This document shows, one piece after another, positions 30,014 to 41,641 of a stretch of DNA of 64,000 nt. The notes below the pieces were generated by a model. It did no database searches. It was not told the origin of the DNA and saw only the letters and a program-made list of their open reading frames with translations. The position numbers and the translations under genes are program-made. Every line of letters begins with the position of its first letter. The stretch's first letter is position 1. Source of the DNA: Ignavibacteriota bacterium (GTDB taxonomy: Bacteria; Bacteroidota; Ignavibacteria; UBA10030); NCBI GenBank assembly GCA_963701295.1, contig OY969585.1, forward strand, positions 1,344,001-1,408,000, read 5' to 3'.

Positions 30014-31897
30014 TCAACCAAAATTTGGATTCAGACCGCGCTCGGTCATCACATCGAAGATGACCCGCGTGATGATGATGGCGCTGAAGAGACTCGTCCC
30101 TAAACCAATCATCAGTGTCAGTGCAAAGCCCTGTACAGGCCCGGTGCCGTAGTTGAATAGAATAAGGGCCGTAATGAAGGTGATAAAATTGGAATCGATG
30201 ATGGCGCTGAGCGCTTTTGAATATCCCGCATCGATTGCCGCACGCAGCGTTTTTCCTCCAGCAAGTTCTTCGCGTATACGTTCATCGATCAGCACGTTCG
30301 CATCTACAGCCATTCCAATAGTAAGAATTATACCTGAGATGCCGGGCAGTGTGAGTGTGGCATTGAAGCCCGCCAGCACGCCAAGCAGGAACAATACGTT
30401 AAAGAGCAACGCAACATCGGCAATGCTGCCTGCAGAGTGATAATAGATCATCATAAAAAAAACAGTGAACATCAGCGCGACTAATCCTGCAGTGATGCCG
30501 GAACGGATGGAATCTTCTCCGAGCGATGGTCCCACTGAACGCTGTTCAATAATTGATACCGGCGCTGGTAATGCGCCTGCTTTTAAAACAATTTCTAATA
30601 AACGAGCTTCTGCAGGCGAGTCCATTCCTGTAATTCGTGAGCGTCCGCCCGTAATTTTTGCTTGCACAACCGGTGCAGAGAAAACACCTTTATCGAGGAC
30701 GATCGCAACGCGTTTGCCGATATTAGCGCCGGTGATGCGAGCCCAATCGCGTGCGCCTTCGCTGCTCATTTCCATATTAACGATAGAGCGGTTATCTTCC
30801 GGATCTACACTTGCCTGCGCATTTGTAACGACATTGCCGGTTAGTTCCGGGGTCTTTTTCACAGGATACAGAAGATAGTATTTCTGTTCATCTTTGAATG
30901 TTTGAACTTTTGCAGACCACAAGAATTCAAGATCGGTAGGAATAAGCCGTTGTACTTCCGGGCGTTCAAGCAAACGAACAACACGATCTTTATCCTTTTC
31001 AGCGACATATCCTTCGCCGGATCCGCGTTGGTCCGGTTTGACATACATAAAGAAAGGATGCTCGCGTGCGAATTGCGCTTCCTTTGATGTATCGGATTCA
31101 GGAACTGCAGCGTTGCCTGTAAGTTCAGAAAGAGCATCTTTCCGTTTTTCAGGTTTCTTTCCCTTTTCAGTTAATGTAGCAGTTTCCGCCGTGTCTGTTT
31201 CTAGTTTGCCGGTAAGGAATTTATCGATGGATACCATCACCTTATAAGAAATTTGTGGATCCTTCAGCATCCTAAACTCAAGCATTGCCGTTCCCTGCAG
31301 TAATTGGCGCACTTCATTTTCGTCCTTCACGCCAGGCAATTCCACGATGATACGGCGCCCGCCTTGTTTCTGAATATTTGGTTCCGAGACACGGTACTGA
31401 TCTACTCGGTTTCGTACAATCTCGATCGCACGGTCAATTGATTTATCGAATTCGTCAGATAACATCTTTTCGATTTTTGCATCGTCGTCGCGGATGCTTC
31501 CGTAATAGCGCGCCAATCGGATAGTATCCATTTTAAATTTATTTACAAATGCTGGAATGATCGATAGATCATTTGTTGTTGTTTCACTTCTCACTTCCTT
31601 TATGATAGAATGAAATTTATCATCCTTGTTTTTAGCCATATCATCGAGCAATTGGATAAGGTCTACTTCGAGGACAACGCGCATACCGCCCTGCAAATCA
31701 AGACCTAGCTTCAGGCGCTTGAGTTTCGCATTCAGAATATCATCACGATGCGTGTCCATATATGCAATGCTGTCCTGCCCAGTGAACTGGCTAAGTTTTT
31801 TACGATAATTGTAATCCTGAATCGTCGGCCATAGAAAATAGACCGCAAGAATGACGAAACAGACAGTAAGAATGATTCTAGTAAGCTGGTTTCTCAC
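30014..31897 (-). CDS. secD: Protein translocase subunit SecD
   Basis: LGLDLQGG, RIIVELPG, LKAGALPAP, VGPSLG, GMAVDANVLI. Confidence 0.97.
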   Translation of the reverse strand: MRNQLTRIILTVCFVILAVYFLWPTIQDYNYRKKLSQFTGQDSIAYMDTHRDDILNAKLKRLKLGLDLQGGMRVVLEVDLIQLLDDMAKNKDDKFHSIIKEVRSETTTNDLSIIPAFVNKFKMDTIRLARYYGSIRDDDAKIEKMLSDEFDKSIDRAIEIVRNRVDQYRVSEPNIQKQGGRRIIVELPGVKDENEVRQLLQGTAMLEFRMLKDPQISYKVMVSIDKFLTGKLETDTAETATLTEKGKKPEKRKDALSELTGNAAVPESDTSKEAQFAREHPFFMYVKPDQRGSGEGYVAEKDKDRVVRLLERPEVQRLIPTDLEFLWSAKVQTFKDEQKYYLLYPVKKTPELTGNVVTNAQASVDPEDNRSIVNMEMSSEGARDWARITGANIGKRVAIVLDKGVFSAPVVQAKITGGRSRITGMDSPAEARLLEIVLKAGALPAPVSIIEQRSVGPSLGEDSIRSGITAGLVALMFTVFFMMIYYHSAGSIADVALLFNVLFLLGVLAGFNATLTLPGISGIILTIGMAVDANVLIDERIREELAGGKTLRAAIDAGYSKALSAIIDSNFITFITALILFNYGTGPVQGFALTLMIGLGTSLFSAIIITRVIFDVMTERGLNPNFG

Positions 31898-32010
31898 AAA
31901 TTGTCTCCAAACTTAGAACGTTGGTAATCGATGAAGAAAGCAAAGCGCGATATCACAACCATCGCGCTTCCGAAAGAATATTACATTCGTTGTTATTTTT
32001 TCAATTAAAA

Positions 32011-32079
32011 AATATAACCGGATATGCCAACAAAGTCAACAAAAAATTCATTGCATATCAGATGATTGTCGGCTATATT
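32011..32079. promoter_or_regulatory. Divergent sigma70 promoters for secD and ppiD
   Basis: Minus strand TTGACT-N17-TATATT (32039-32011); plus strand TTGCAT-N17-TATATT (32051-32079). Confidence 0.65.
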
Positions 32080-32138
32080 TATCAACACTAAAACCGCAGG
32101 TTTTTTGTTTCAATCAGGAAATAGGAGCATGTTCTATC

Positions 32139-34251
32139 ATGGCTGTATTAAGCGATATCCGTGAAAAATCTCCAAAATTTATCATTGCCGGTGCGGCAGT
32201 TATTTTCATCTTCTTAATTGTTTTCGATTGGGGGCTTGATATAACAAACCGAAGAGGACGTGGAGGTGCTGCCCCTGAGAAGTTTGGTTCAGTGAACGGC
32301 AAGGAAGTAAGCTATAAACAGTTCAGCGAACTGGTGCGGCGTACCGTTGAAAATCAAAAGAAACAACAGAACAGTGAAGTGGATGCTGAAACCGAACGAC
32401 AAATTCGTTCGCAGGTATGGACCCAAATGGTAGATGAACTACTGTTTGAGCAGGAAATAGATCGGCTCGGCATTACTGTCTCCGATCAGGAGATACTCGA
32501 ATATCGTGAACGGCCCGAATCCGCCGGAATTTCTGGTTCAACAGTTTAAAGATTCTACAGGAACTTTTCGAAGGGATGCGTATGTCAATGCTATGCGCGA
32601 CCCACAGAACAAGCAGGCATGGATTCAAGTAGAAGAAGGGATTCGTCAGGAGCAGAAACGCCGAAAGCTGCAAAGTCTTCTGCTGGCGACTACTATTGTC
32701 AGCGAAAGCGAAGTGAAGCAGCGCTTCATTGACCATGACGTGACTTTGAATGCGAATTACGTTTTATTTGACATCAATCGGTTGGTGCCGGATTCAGCTA
32801 TGACTGTGAGCGATAACGACCTGCAGAATCAATACGAGTCTCATCCCGCTGATTTCCAAGCAAAAGCGGCAAGAAAAATAAAATATGTATACTTTAGTCA
32901 AAACGCTTCTTCAGAAGATTCAGCAGCGGTTGAGCAGGATGCAAAAAGTTATTTGGAGCAAGCAAAGTCCGGCGTTATGGACTTCGCAGAACTTGCCAAG
33001 ACATATTCCGAAATTCCAGTTACTGACGTATTCTTTAAACATGGCGAATTAAGCAGACAAAAAGAAGATGCGATTTTTTCTGCAAAGAAAGGTGATATCG
33101 TTGGTCCCGTGAAGGACAACGACGGAATCCATATTATTAAAATTCTCGATCAGCGACAGGGAAAATTAGAATTCGTTAAGTCTAGTCACATTCTCCTGAA
33201 TCTCGTATCAGGACCCGATAGTGTAAAAGTAATCCAGAAGGCATATGCACTTCTTGCACAAGCACGCTCCAGCGCAGACTTTGCAAAACTTGCTCGCGAA
33301 AACAGCCAAGATTATGGAACTGCAGTGCAAGGCGGTGAACTTGGCTGGGCATCGAAAGATCGTTATGTAAAACCATTTGCGGATGCTGCATTCAGAACGA
33401 GTGTTGGAGGTATTGTTGGGCCTGTGCGAACGCAATTCGGTTGGCACATTATTAAAGTAACCGGAAGAGATAAACGCGAAATAAAGATTATTGATCTTGC
33501 ATTGAAAGTAAGGGCAAGCGCACAGACAGTTGAAACTGCGTTTCAAAAGGCGCAGGATTTTGGATATTTAGCGAAGGATGAAGGATTCGAGAAAGCTGCA
33601 GAGAATAGTAAATATCAGGTCCTTGAAACTCCCGAGTTCCAAAAAACAGGATCAATTCCAGGTATAGGTCAAAATGATGCGGTAACAAACTTTGCGTTTA
33701 CGAATAAACTTGGAGTGATCAGCGAACCAATCTACGTGCGAGACGGGGTCAGCGTGATAAAAGTGTCGAACATCCGGGAAGAAGGCGTCCGTCCACTTGA
33801 GGAAGTCAAAGGCATCTTGAAATCGATGGCGATAAAGCAGAAAAAAATGGAAAAGATCCACACCCTAGTAGATATTTTCTATAAAACGTTAACACCTTCC
33901 ACTGACATCATTTCAACGGTACAATCCAATCCAAATTTGATTGCTCAGAATACCGGTGCATTCAAACCTACGGATGGTCCTTCAAGTATCGGGCGAGATC
34001 AGAAATTCATCGGCATTGCTCTCTCTTTGAAACAGGGCGAACTGTCCAAACCATTCGAAGGCAATCGTGGTTACTATATTATCCAACTTTTATCGAAGAC
34101 ACCTTTTGATTCAGTGAAGTACAGCTCGGAGCGTGAATCGCTGAGTACACAGCTTTTACAAGAGAAGCGCAACCGTGCATTATCGGACTGGCATACCACG
34201 CTGCGCGAGAAAGCGGATATTGTTGATCATCGGGATAAATTCTTTCGCTGA
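32139..34251 (+). CDS. ppiD: PpiD/SurA-family peptidyl-prolyl isomerase, +1 frameshift near 32500
   Basis: N-terminal TM and SurA_N region; parvulin motifs SHIL, FAKLARENSQD, GGELGW, TQFGWHII. ORFs 32139-32549 and 32506-34251 join by removing one A at 32500/1. Confidence 0.85.
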
Positions 34252-34269
34252 AATTTTTAATTTTTCGAC

Positions 34270-34303
34270 AAGGCGTCTCGATTCATCGGGGCGCTTTTTT
34301 TTT
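34270..34303 (+). terminator. Intrinsic terminator
   Basis: AAGGCGTCTCGA-ttca-TCGGGGCGCTT plus a T run. Confidence 0.7.
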
Positions 34304-34313
34304 AGCGCGGACA

Positions 34314-34883
34314 ATGAAAGAAACACTTCACGGAAATAAGAAATCGCTTATTTTCCTTACCGGATTTATGGGAAGCGGGAAGAGTACGATCGGTCCTATT
34401 CTTGCCAATACACTTGGGTATGAGTACGTCGATGTTGATCGGTTCATTGAACAGAAGACAAAGAAAGAGATTGTAGAAATATTTCGTACTGAAGGTGAGA
34501 AAGCGTTTCGTCAATTAGAGCGGAATATATTGCATGAACTTACAAAACTCGATCACTCTGTCATCTCTCTCGGAGGTGGCACGATTGCCAACGAAGAGAA
34601 CTGTCGGATTGTATCTCAGAATGGAATTCTTATCTATATCAAACTTTCGCCAGAAGAAATACTTCAGCGTGTGCAGTATCGAAGTGATCGTCCAATGTTG
34701 AAGGATGCCAATGGCAAGCCTTTGCAAGCGCAAGAATTGGAAAAACGTATTTTGGAACTTCTCTCATCTCGAGAACCGTTCTATTCGCGCGCCGATGTGA
34801 TTATTTGTGCTGATAACATGCGCATTGGAGTAACAGTGGATGAGATTATGAAAAATATTCGCAGCATAATTGAGAAGGAGTAA
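34314..34883 (+). CDS. aroK: Shikimate kinase
   Basis: GFMGSGKST, GEKAFR, SLGGG, RP.L. Confidence 0.96.
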   Translation: MKETLHGNKKSLIFLTGFMGSGKSTIGPILANTLGYEYVDVDRFIEQKTKKEIVEIFRTEGEKAFRQLERNILHELTKLDHSVISLGGGTIANEENCRIVSQNGILIYIKLSPEEILQRVQYRSDRPMLKDANGKPLQAQELEKRILELLSSREPFYSRADVIICADNMRIGVTVDEIMKNIRSIIEKE

Positions 34884-34887
34884 TCCT

Positions 34888-35988
34888 ATGGTTCACCGGC
34901 AAATCGATGTTGCACTGGGCGACCGTTCGTACCCTCTTGTTACGGGTACCGATATGCTTTCATCATTCGCTCCTGTATGCCGCCAGCATGGGATTTCGGA
35001 TACCGTCGTGATTATAACAGATCGGAATGTTGCGCGTTTTCATCTCCAGCCGTTGCTGCGAAATCTTCTTCACCATAAATTCCGACCTCTAATAATTACA
35101 ATTCCGGCGGGAGAGACACAAAAAACTCTCACAAGTGCGAATAAACTCTTTACAGAAATGTTGAAAAAAAGAATTCCACGCAATGCGGCTATCATCGCTT
35201 TAGGCGGCGGTGTGATTGGTGATCTTGCGGGATTTGTGGCGGCAACCTATCAACGCGGCATGAAGCTGGTCCAAGTTCCGACAACATTGCTTGCCCAAGT
35301 GGATAGCTCTATCGGGGGAAAAGTCGGTGTGAATCATCCCTTAGGAAAGAATATGATTGGTGCGTTCCACCAGCCTATATTTGTGTGGATGGATACCGAT
35401 TATCTAAAAACACTGCCAACGCGCGAAATGATTTGCGGTTTAGGAGAAGTTATCAAATATGGCGTCATACGCGATACGGAGTTGTTTGCCTACCTTGAAT
35501 CGCATCTTGAAGAAGTAGTACAGCTTGATGTTGAAGCAGTGATGCATGTGCAAGCGGCATGTGCGGCTATTAAAGCAGAAATTGTCTCGCAGGATGAAAG
35601 AGAATCTGGAATCCGCATCATTCTCAATTATGGACACACGATTGGTCATGGATTGGAATCTGCCGGTCGTTACAAACTCCTGAAGCATGGCGAAGCAGTG
35701 CTCCTGGGAATGATTAGTGAAGCTTCTATCGCCAAAGAAATGAAATTGTTAGATGCGAATTCTTATGAGCGGCTCGTCTCCCTCATCCGCCACGCGCCGA
35801 TGAAGGCGAAGCTTTCCTCATTGAAGATGGCAGACATTGTAAATGCTATGGGCCGCGACAAGAAGCGTGTTGCAAAGAAACTTCGCTTCGTTCTACCGAC
35901 GAAGATTGGCGAAGTGAAGGTCGTGGATGATGTGGATCCGAATCTGATTCGATCAGCGGTGAAAGAAATACTCAAAGCGAAGCGATAA
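34888..35988 (+). CDS. aroB: 3-dehydroquinate synthase
   Basis: GGGVIGDLAGF, PTTLLAQVDSSIGGK, LNYGHTIGH, HGEAV. Confidence 0.97.
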   Translation: MVHRQIDVALGDRSYPLVTGTDMLSSFAPVCRQHGISDTVVIITDRNVARFHLQPLLRNLLHHKFRPLIITIPAGETQKTLTSANKLFTEMLKKRIPRNAAIIALGGGVIGDLAGFVAATYQRGMKLVQVPTTLLAQVDSSIGGKVGVNHPLGKNMIGAFHQPIFVWMDTDYLKTLPTREMICGLGEVIKYGVIRDTELFAYLESHLEEVVQLDVEAVMHVQAACAAIKAEIVSQDERESGIRIILNYGHTIGHGLESAGRYKLLKHGEAVLLGMISEASIAKEMKLLDANSYERLVSLIRHAPMKAKLSSLKMADIVNAMGRDKKRVAKKLRFVLPTKIGEVKVVDDVDPNLIRSAVKEILKAKR

Positions 35989-36032
35989 CTTTTCGTACCT
36001 TCGATGGAGGAGGACGGTACTCATGAGAATTT

Positions 36033-38345
36033 CTACCATGTCACCTTGCTATTTTTTCTTATGTTCTCACCTTCCTTATCCCGATTCCAATCAGCAGAGG
36101 TATGTTTGTCACACAGGCCAATGGGAAATTTTACATTGAAGATTTCTGTTGTCTTATTCGGACACCATTCGCGCGCTTTCTTTTTCGTATCGACACAAAT
36201 CGTATCCGTGATAATACCCTCCGGTTGAACGAAATACTCCGGCAATAAACTGATGGAAGAATCTTCATATACCTTCTGCATAAACCGGCCGAAGATCGGT
36301 GCGGCTGCAACACCACCCTGACCATTGTGACTTCCTAGGCGAATGCGGGGTTCATCAAATCCAACCCATGCCCCAGCCACCAGTTGAGGAGTAAATCCGA
36401 CGAACCAAGCATCGGCATAATCGTTTGTTGTTCCAGTCTTGCCTGCACAGGTTCCGGTGAAGTACCTGCGTACACTACTTCCCGTTCCGCCATTCACTCC
36501 GCCTTTCAGCAAATCGGTCATGAGGTAAGCGGTTTCTTTACTCAATACTTCTTTCTTATTTGGTGCATTATCTTCAATTACGTTCCCATCTTTATCTTCG
36601 ATACGAAGGATGGCGATAGGTGAGACAAGCACGCCTTCATTTGGATACACGCCATATGCCGATGTCAGTTCCAATGGTGATACTTCAACTGTACCGAGCG
36701 CAAGGGACTCATATGCCGGTACACGGGACGTGATGCCCATCCGGTGTGCATATTCAGAGACCTGTTTAGCAGGAGCGATTTCAAGAATAACACGCACAGC
36801 AATAAGATTTTTTGAATGCTTTATTCCCTCACGTAATGTGAATTTGCCGCCGATATCTTTATCATAATTTTCCGGTGCCCAGCGGGTACCATCAGGCATT
36901 GGAATAGTGACGGGTTGGTTCAACACCTCGTAGCACACCGGATATCCGTTATCGAGTGCTACAGTATAGACGAATGGTTTAAAAGCCGAACCGGGCTGTC
37001 GATGAATTTGTGTCACATGATTCAATCCATATTTAAATGTGCGATAATTCCGACCGCCAACCATTGCTTTGATCTGTCCCGTATGCGGATCGATGACAAC
37101 AAACCCTACTTCAAGCGTCTGTGCTGCCCTTTTTATTGAATCGATAAATGCACGGCTACCAAGCAATAGTGTACGAATACTATCATGGATCGCCACATTA
37201 TGAGATTTACGGTATAATTCATCATCTCGAATTGCTTTATTGATGACGTCATTCAAGATATCGGGATGTTCTTTCCAATCCCATGTCGAATCGAATGCTG
37301 TTTGGAAATCCTTCAGATGATCTTCGATGGCTGAAATCGCATGCCGCTGCATTCGGCTATCGAGCGAAGTATAAATACGCAGACCATCCCGGTATATGTC
37401 ATAGCCATGTGTTTCAGCTTTTTTCAGAAGCTGGCGGCGGATCCATTCCACAAAGTGCGGCGCAATGCCGGAGCGAAACTCTGATTCGATAGTTTTGAGA
37501 TCGAGCGAATCAGTTCGAATTTGCTTTGCCATTTCCTCGGTGAAGAATCCTTCTTTCACCATTTGATCGATCACCACATCGCGGCGCGCTAGGGCACGAT
37601 CGCTGTGTTGAATGGGATCGTAATAATTTGGTCCTTTGAGCATGCCGATGAATAGGGTGTACTCAGGTGGTGTCAACTCGGTAGCAGGTTTACCAAAGTA
37701 TGTCTGTGCAGCGGATTCGATACCATAGGCGTTTTTCCCAAAGTAGGCGACATTTAAATACAGCTCAAGAATTTCATTTTTTGTAAAATTGCGCTCAATT
37801 TGTATAGACGTGAGAAATTCACGAATCTTTCTTGTGATCTTGTCAAAAATTGATTCACGTTTACTTTGCAGCTTGTACAAATTACGCGCGAGCTGTTGAG
37901 TGATAGTGCTTGCTCCTGCTTGGCGGAAGGTGACGACATTGAGAATCATTTGCCGGATGAACCGTGATAAATTAACACCCCAATGGTTATAAAAGTCCTT
38001 GTCTTCTGTTGCAATCAATCCTTTGATCAATCCGGGAGGAAGTTCATCGAGTGAAATGCGTGTTCGGTTCTTATATGCGAACTGATCCAGTACTTCACCA
38101 TCGATAGAATAGATTTTTGTTGCGAGCTCCGGTCTTGGATTTTCCAATTGATCTAGGGTTGGCAGCCCTTGAATAATGTACACAGAGTACCATGTTGTCA
38201 GCATGATAAAAATGAAAATGATACCGTAGAGAATCAAATGCTTTCGGTCGAAGTATTTTTTATTAAGTTTCATATGGGTATGCCGGTATTCCGGATCATT
38301 GAAATACCGTTCCATCTCTTCCGAACTAAATTTTCGATCAGCCAT
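36033..38345 (-). CDS. mrcA: Class A penicillin-binding protein (PBP1A family)
   Basis: EDKDF, GASTITQQL, RKIRE transglycosylase motifs; SAFK, SKN, KTG transpeptidase motifs. Confidence 0.93.
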   Translation of the reverse strand: MADRKFSSEEMERYFNDPEYRHTHMKLNKKYFDRKHLILYGIIFIFIMLTTWYSVYIIQGLPTLDQLENPRPELATKIYSIDGEVLDQFAYKNRTRISLDELPPGLIKGLIATEDKDFYNHWGVNLSRFIRQMILNVVTFRQAGASTITQQLARNLYKLQSKRESIFDKITRKIREFLTSIQIERNFTKNEILELYLNVAYFGKNAYGIESAAQTYFGKPATELTPPEYTLFIGMLKGPNYYDPIQHSDRALARRDVVIDQMVKEGFFTEEMAKQIRTDSLDLKTIESEFRSGIAPHFVEWIRRQLLKKAETHGYDIYRDGLRIYTSLDSRMQRHAISAIEDHLKDFQTAFDSTWDWKEHPDILNDVINKAIRDDELYRKSHNVAIHDSIRTLLLGSRAFIDSIKRAAQTLEVGFVVIDPHTGQIKAMVGGRNYRTFKYGLNHVTQIHRQPGSAFKPFVYTVALDNGYPVCYEVLNQPVTIPMPDGTRWAPENYDKDIGGKFTLREGIKHSKNLIAVRVILEIAPAKQVSEYAHRMGITSRVPAYESLALGTVEVSPLELTSAYGVYPNEGVLVSPIAILRIEDKDGNVIEDNAPNKKEVLSKETAYLMTDLLKGGVNGGTGSSVRRYFTGTCAGKTGTTNDYADAWFVGFTPQLVAGAWVGFDEPRIRLGSHNGQGGVAAAPIFGRFMQKVYEDSSISLLPEYFVQPEGIITDTICVDTKKKAREWCPNKTTEIFNVKFPIGLCDKHTSADWNRDKEGENIRKNSKVTW

Positions 38346-38373
38346 TATGTATCGCTCGATTCACGCGACTCAA

Positions 38374-39138
38374 TTAATTTGTAAACTTTTTGAGTTCCAT
38401 TTTTTTTCCATCGTACACTGCGTATGTGTTCTCAATAATCCAATCACCAAGGTTAACATATACTCCGTTTCCGATTTTTTGATGCGATGAGATATGGTTG
38501 TGTCCCATTACGACAAAATCAAATCCATTCCGAAGCTTTTGTGCTGCAAATTCCACCATACCGCTGCTTTCGTACGTTCTGTTGCTCGTGTAGCGCCGGC
38601 TCGTCCGCGATGACCACCGCGCAATCCATCCGGTCACATCCGGATGAATGAGGGAAAAGAGGAATATGTTCAATCTGTTGCGAAGAATTTTCTTGAGGAT
38701 CTTATAACCGATATCGCCTTTCAGTAATCCATCACCATGATGGATGAGGAAACGTTTCCCGCCAATTTCCGTTTCAATGGGATCGAGGTACACTTCCAGA
38801 CCAAGTTCAGTACGGAAGTAGTCTTTCACCCAAAAATCGTGATTGCCTGCAGTGAAAAACACGCGAATATCTCGTTCGGTTGTCTCGGCAAGTTTTGCAA
38901 AAAGACGAAAATATTTTTTAGGAACAACCGTTTTATATTCAAACCAGTAATCGAACAAATCACCAACGATGAATATCTGTGCGGCGTCATGTTGGATAAA
39001 ATCTAAAAAACGGATTAGGCGCAATTCTCTTTGTTGATCCTCTTCAGGAGAGCCAAGGCCGAGATGAGCGTCGGAGAAGAAATATGTTTTATGTCGTGTC
39101 GCTGTTTTTTGCTGTATCCAGGGTTTCGTTGTTTTCAT
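38374..39138 (-). CDS. lpxH: UDP-2,3-diacylglucosamine diphosphatase (LpxH family)
   Basis: SDAHLG, GDLFDYW, GNHD, HGD, GHNH metallophosphoesterase motifs. Confidence 0.85.
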   Translation of the reverse strand: MKTTKPWIQQKTATRHKTYFFSDAHLGLGSPEEDQQRELRLIRFLDFIQHDAAQIFIVGDLFDYWFEYKTVVPKKYFRLFAKLAETTERDIRVFFTAGNHDFWVKDYFRTELGLEVYLDPIETEIGGKRFLIHHGDGLLKGDIGYKILKKILRNRLNIFLFSLIHPDVTGWIARWSSRTSRRYTSNRTYESSGMVEFAAQKLRNGFDFVVMGHNHISSHQKIGNGVYVNLGDWIIENTYAVYDGKKMELKKFTN

Positions 39139-39260
39139 TTCATGGAGCCAATCTGTTGAATTAGATACAGAAAAATTGAAGGAAAATCAAGAAACGCTTT
39201 TCACGTCCTACCTTGCTTCTCGAAACTGATTTCTTTATTATTCAATCGAGAAAATAATGT

Positions 39261-40328
39261 ATGAGAACCACGCGGACATCGTCACGCAAACAACAGCATA
39301 TAGATATTAGCTTAACCAAAGATGTCTCTTTTTGCACTAAGACAGCCGGTTTTGAACACTGGGATTTCTTACACAATGCCCTGCCAGAATTGAATCTGTC
39401 CGATGTTGATCCGTCAACATCGTTCCTGGGAAAAAAAATGGCGTTTCCATTTATCATTTCCAGCATGACCGGTGGTTACACAGACGCTATAAAAATCAAC
39501 CGGCAGCTTGCGGAAGTGTGTGCAATCAAAAAGATTGCCATGGGCGTGGGCAGTCAGCGTCAGGCGCTGGAAGATGATCAATATCATCGCTCATTTTCTG
39601 TAGTGCGCGAAGTAGCAGACAATATCCCGGTGTTCGGGAATATTGGCGCGGCAGAAGTGGCAAAGTTACGAGATGCATCACCGATACTTCGTTTGGTTGA
39701 GTTGATTCATGCAGATGGGTTTGCCATTCATCTCAATCCTGTTCAGGAATTACTTCAGCCAGAGGGTGATACAAACTTCCAGGGAGTGCTTGCCGGAATT
39801 GAAATGCTGATGAAAGCAATTCCTGTTCCACTGATTGTGAAAGAAATCGGTGCAGGTATCTCCGCAGACGTTGCACAGCGACTCATCGATAGTGGAGTAA
39901 TGATCATTGATGTTGCTGGAGCAGGAGGAACCAGTTGGGCTGGCGTTGAGATCTTAAGAGGGAAGAAAAAAGATGGAAAAAGGAAGAATGAAGAAATGAG
40001 ATTGAACTTGCAAGAGTTTTGGGATTGGGGAATTCCCACAATAGATGCGCTGAGGAGTGTGTGTATAGTAAAGAGTAAATCATCCGGGGTGAAAGTGATA
40101 TCATCCGGCGGCATTTCCAATGGTATCGACATTGCGAAGTCTTTAGCGTTCGGCGCTGATTACGCTGCTGTTGCACGGCCCATTCTAAAGGCACTCGCAA
40201 ACGGCGGAGTAAAATCAGTTCTCCGACTTATCGATAAGTGGGAATGTGAATTAAAAGGTGCAATGTTTTTGACTGGTTCGCGATCTATAGCAGTGCTGCA
40301 GAAGCAGCAGATGATTCCGAGAGTGTGA
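39261..40328 (+). CDS. fni: Type 2 isopentenyl-diphosphate isomerase (FMN)
   Basis: RKQQHI, SMTGG, GVGSQR, HLNPVQE..QPEGD, VKEIG, AGAGGTSW. Confidence 0.96.
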   Translation: MRTTRTSSRKQQHIDISLTKDVSFCTKTAGFEHWDFLHNALPELNLSDVDPSTSFLGKKMAFPFIISSMTGGYTDAIKINRQLAEVCAIKKIAMGVGSQRQALEDDQYHRSFSVVREVADNIPVFGNIGAAEVAKLRDASPILRLVELIHADGFAIHLNPVQELLQPEGDTNFQGVLAGIEMLMKAIPVPLIVKEIGAGISADVAQRLIDSGVMIIDVAGAGGTSWAGVEILRGKKKDGKRKNEEMRLNLQEFWDWGIPTIDALRSVCIVKSKSSGVKVISSGGISNGIDIAKSLAFGADYAAVARPILKALANGGVKSVLRLIDKWECELKGAMFLTGSRSIAVLQKQQMIPRV

Positions 40329-41314
40329 GAAAAATTATGAATCCAGAACAAAGGTATGAGCGGCATAAAATAGTCGTCGAGAGGTATCTTCGCGGTTTCA
40401 TCAGCGAACATAAACCAAAGACGCTGTACGCTCCGGCGAAATATGTTCTCGCAGCCGGTGGCAAACGAATACGTCCGGTATTGACATTGCTTGCTTGCGA
40501 AGCTGTTGGTGGTGTTGCAAGCGATGCGCTGCATGCTGGAGCGGGAATTGAAATCCTACATAATTTTACACTGGTTCACGATGACATAATGGACCATGCA
40601 CAAACACGACGTGGCCGTCTTACCGTCCATAAGAAGTGGGATGAAAACATTGCGATTCTCTCAGGCGATGTGCTTCTTGGACTAGCCCATCGTGCTTTGC
40701 TTAGAACAAAATCATCATGTATTCAAGAGATCAGTAAATTGTTCACTGAAAGCGTTATCACAGTGTGTGAGGGGCAATCGTTAGATAAGGAATTCGAGAC
40801 ACGCCATCGCGTTCATGTGAATGAATATCTGTTAATGATCGAAAAGAAAACCGGAAAACTCGTCTCTGCTGCGACGCAGATTGGTGCACTTATCGGGAAG
40901 GCCACTCCGACAGAATTGGAAGCACTACGGCTGTACGGTGAGTATGTCGGACGTGCATTTCAACTTCAAGATGACCTGCTCGATATTGTTGCTAATGAGA
41001 AGGAGTTTGGCAAGGCCATCGGTGGCGACTTAGTTGAAGGCAAGAAAACATTTCTACTACTCGAGGCCATGCGCCGTGCAAAGGGGAAGGAAAAAAAGAT
41101 GCTCCACCATGTGTTCACTGACGGTGGTGTGCCGCGTAAACAGGTACCATTATTTCGAAGAATCTATGAAGAAACAGGCGCCATTGATTCTGCGAGGAAA
41201 AGAATTGAAACCGACATTACAGAAGCGAAGAATCAACTCGTCGCCTTGCCGACTTCCACGGCGCGCGAAACTCTTCGTTGGCTGGCGGAAAAATTAATGA
41301 ATAGAACCTACTAA
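40325..41314 (+). CDS. Polyprenyl diphosphate synthase
   Basis: GGKRIRP, LVHDDIMD...RRG, FQLQDDLLD. Confidence 0.95.
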   Translation: MRKIMNPEQRYERHKIVVERYLRGFISEHKPKTLYAPAKYVLAAGGKRIRPVLTLLACEAVGGVASDALHAGAGIEILHNFTLVHDDIMDHAQTRRGRLTVHKKWDENIAILSGDVLLGLAHRALLRTKSSCIQEISKLFTESVITVCEGQSLDKEFETRHRVHVNEYLLMIEKKTGKLVSAATQIGALIGKATPTELEALRLYGEYVGRAFQLQDDLLDIVANEKEFGKAIGGDLVEGKKTFLLLEAMRRAKGKEKKMLHHVFTDGGVPRKQVPLFRRIYEETGAIDSARKRIETDITEAKNQLVALPTSTARETLRWLAEKLMNRTY

Positions 41315-41329
41315 TGGTATGTGTCGTGA

Positions 41330-41599
41330 ATGATTGAACGAGAAGTAACGATTCGGAATCGGGCGGGTCTGCATACTCGACCCGCTGCATCGATTGTCAA
41401 ACTGGCGGCGAAATTCCAATCCGAGTTTTTTATCGAAAAAGACAGCTTTCAAATCAATGGTAAAAGTATCATCGGCGTGATGACGCTGGCCGCAGAACAG
41501 GGTTCTAAGCTCTTAGTGCGCTTTAATGGACCTGATGAAGAAGAAGCGTACCGAGCCATGGCTGAGCTGTTTGATAGCGGCTTCGGTGAACCTATATAA
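41330..41599 (+). CDS. ptsH: Phosphocarrier protein HPr
   Basis: GLHTRPA (His15) and NGKSIIGV (Ser46). Confidence 0.96.
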   Translation: MIEREVTIRNRAGLHTRPAASIVKLAAKFQSEFFIEKDSFQINGKSIIGVMTLAAEQGSKLLVRFNGPDEEEAYRAMAELFDSGFGEPI

Positions 41600-41641
41600 T
41601 TACGAAGAAATGGATTTTTATAAATTCCGAATAGGTACAAA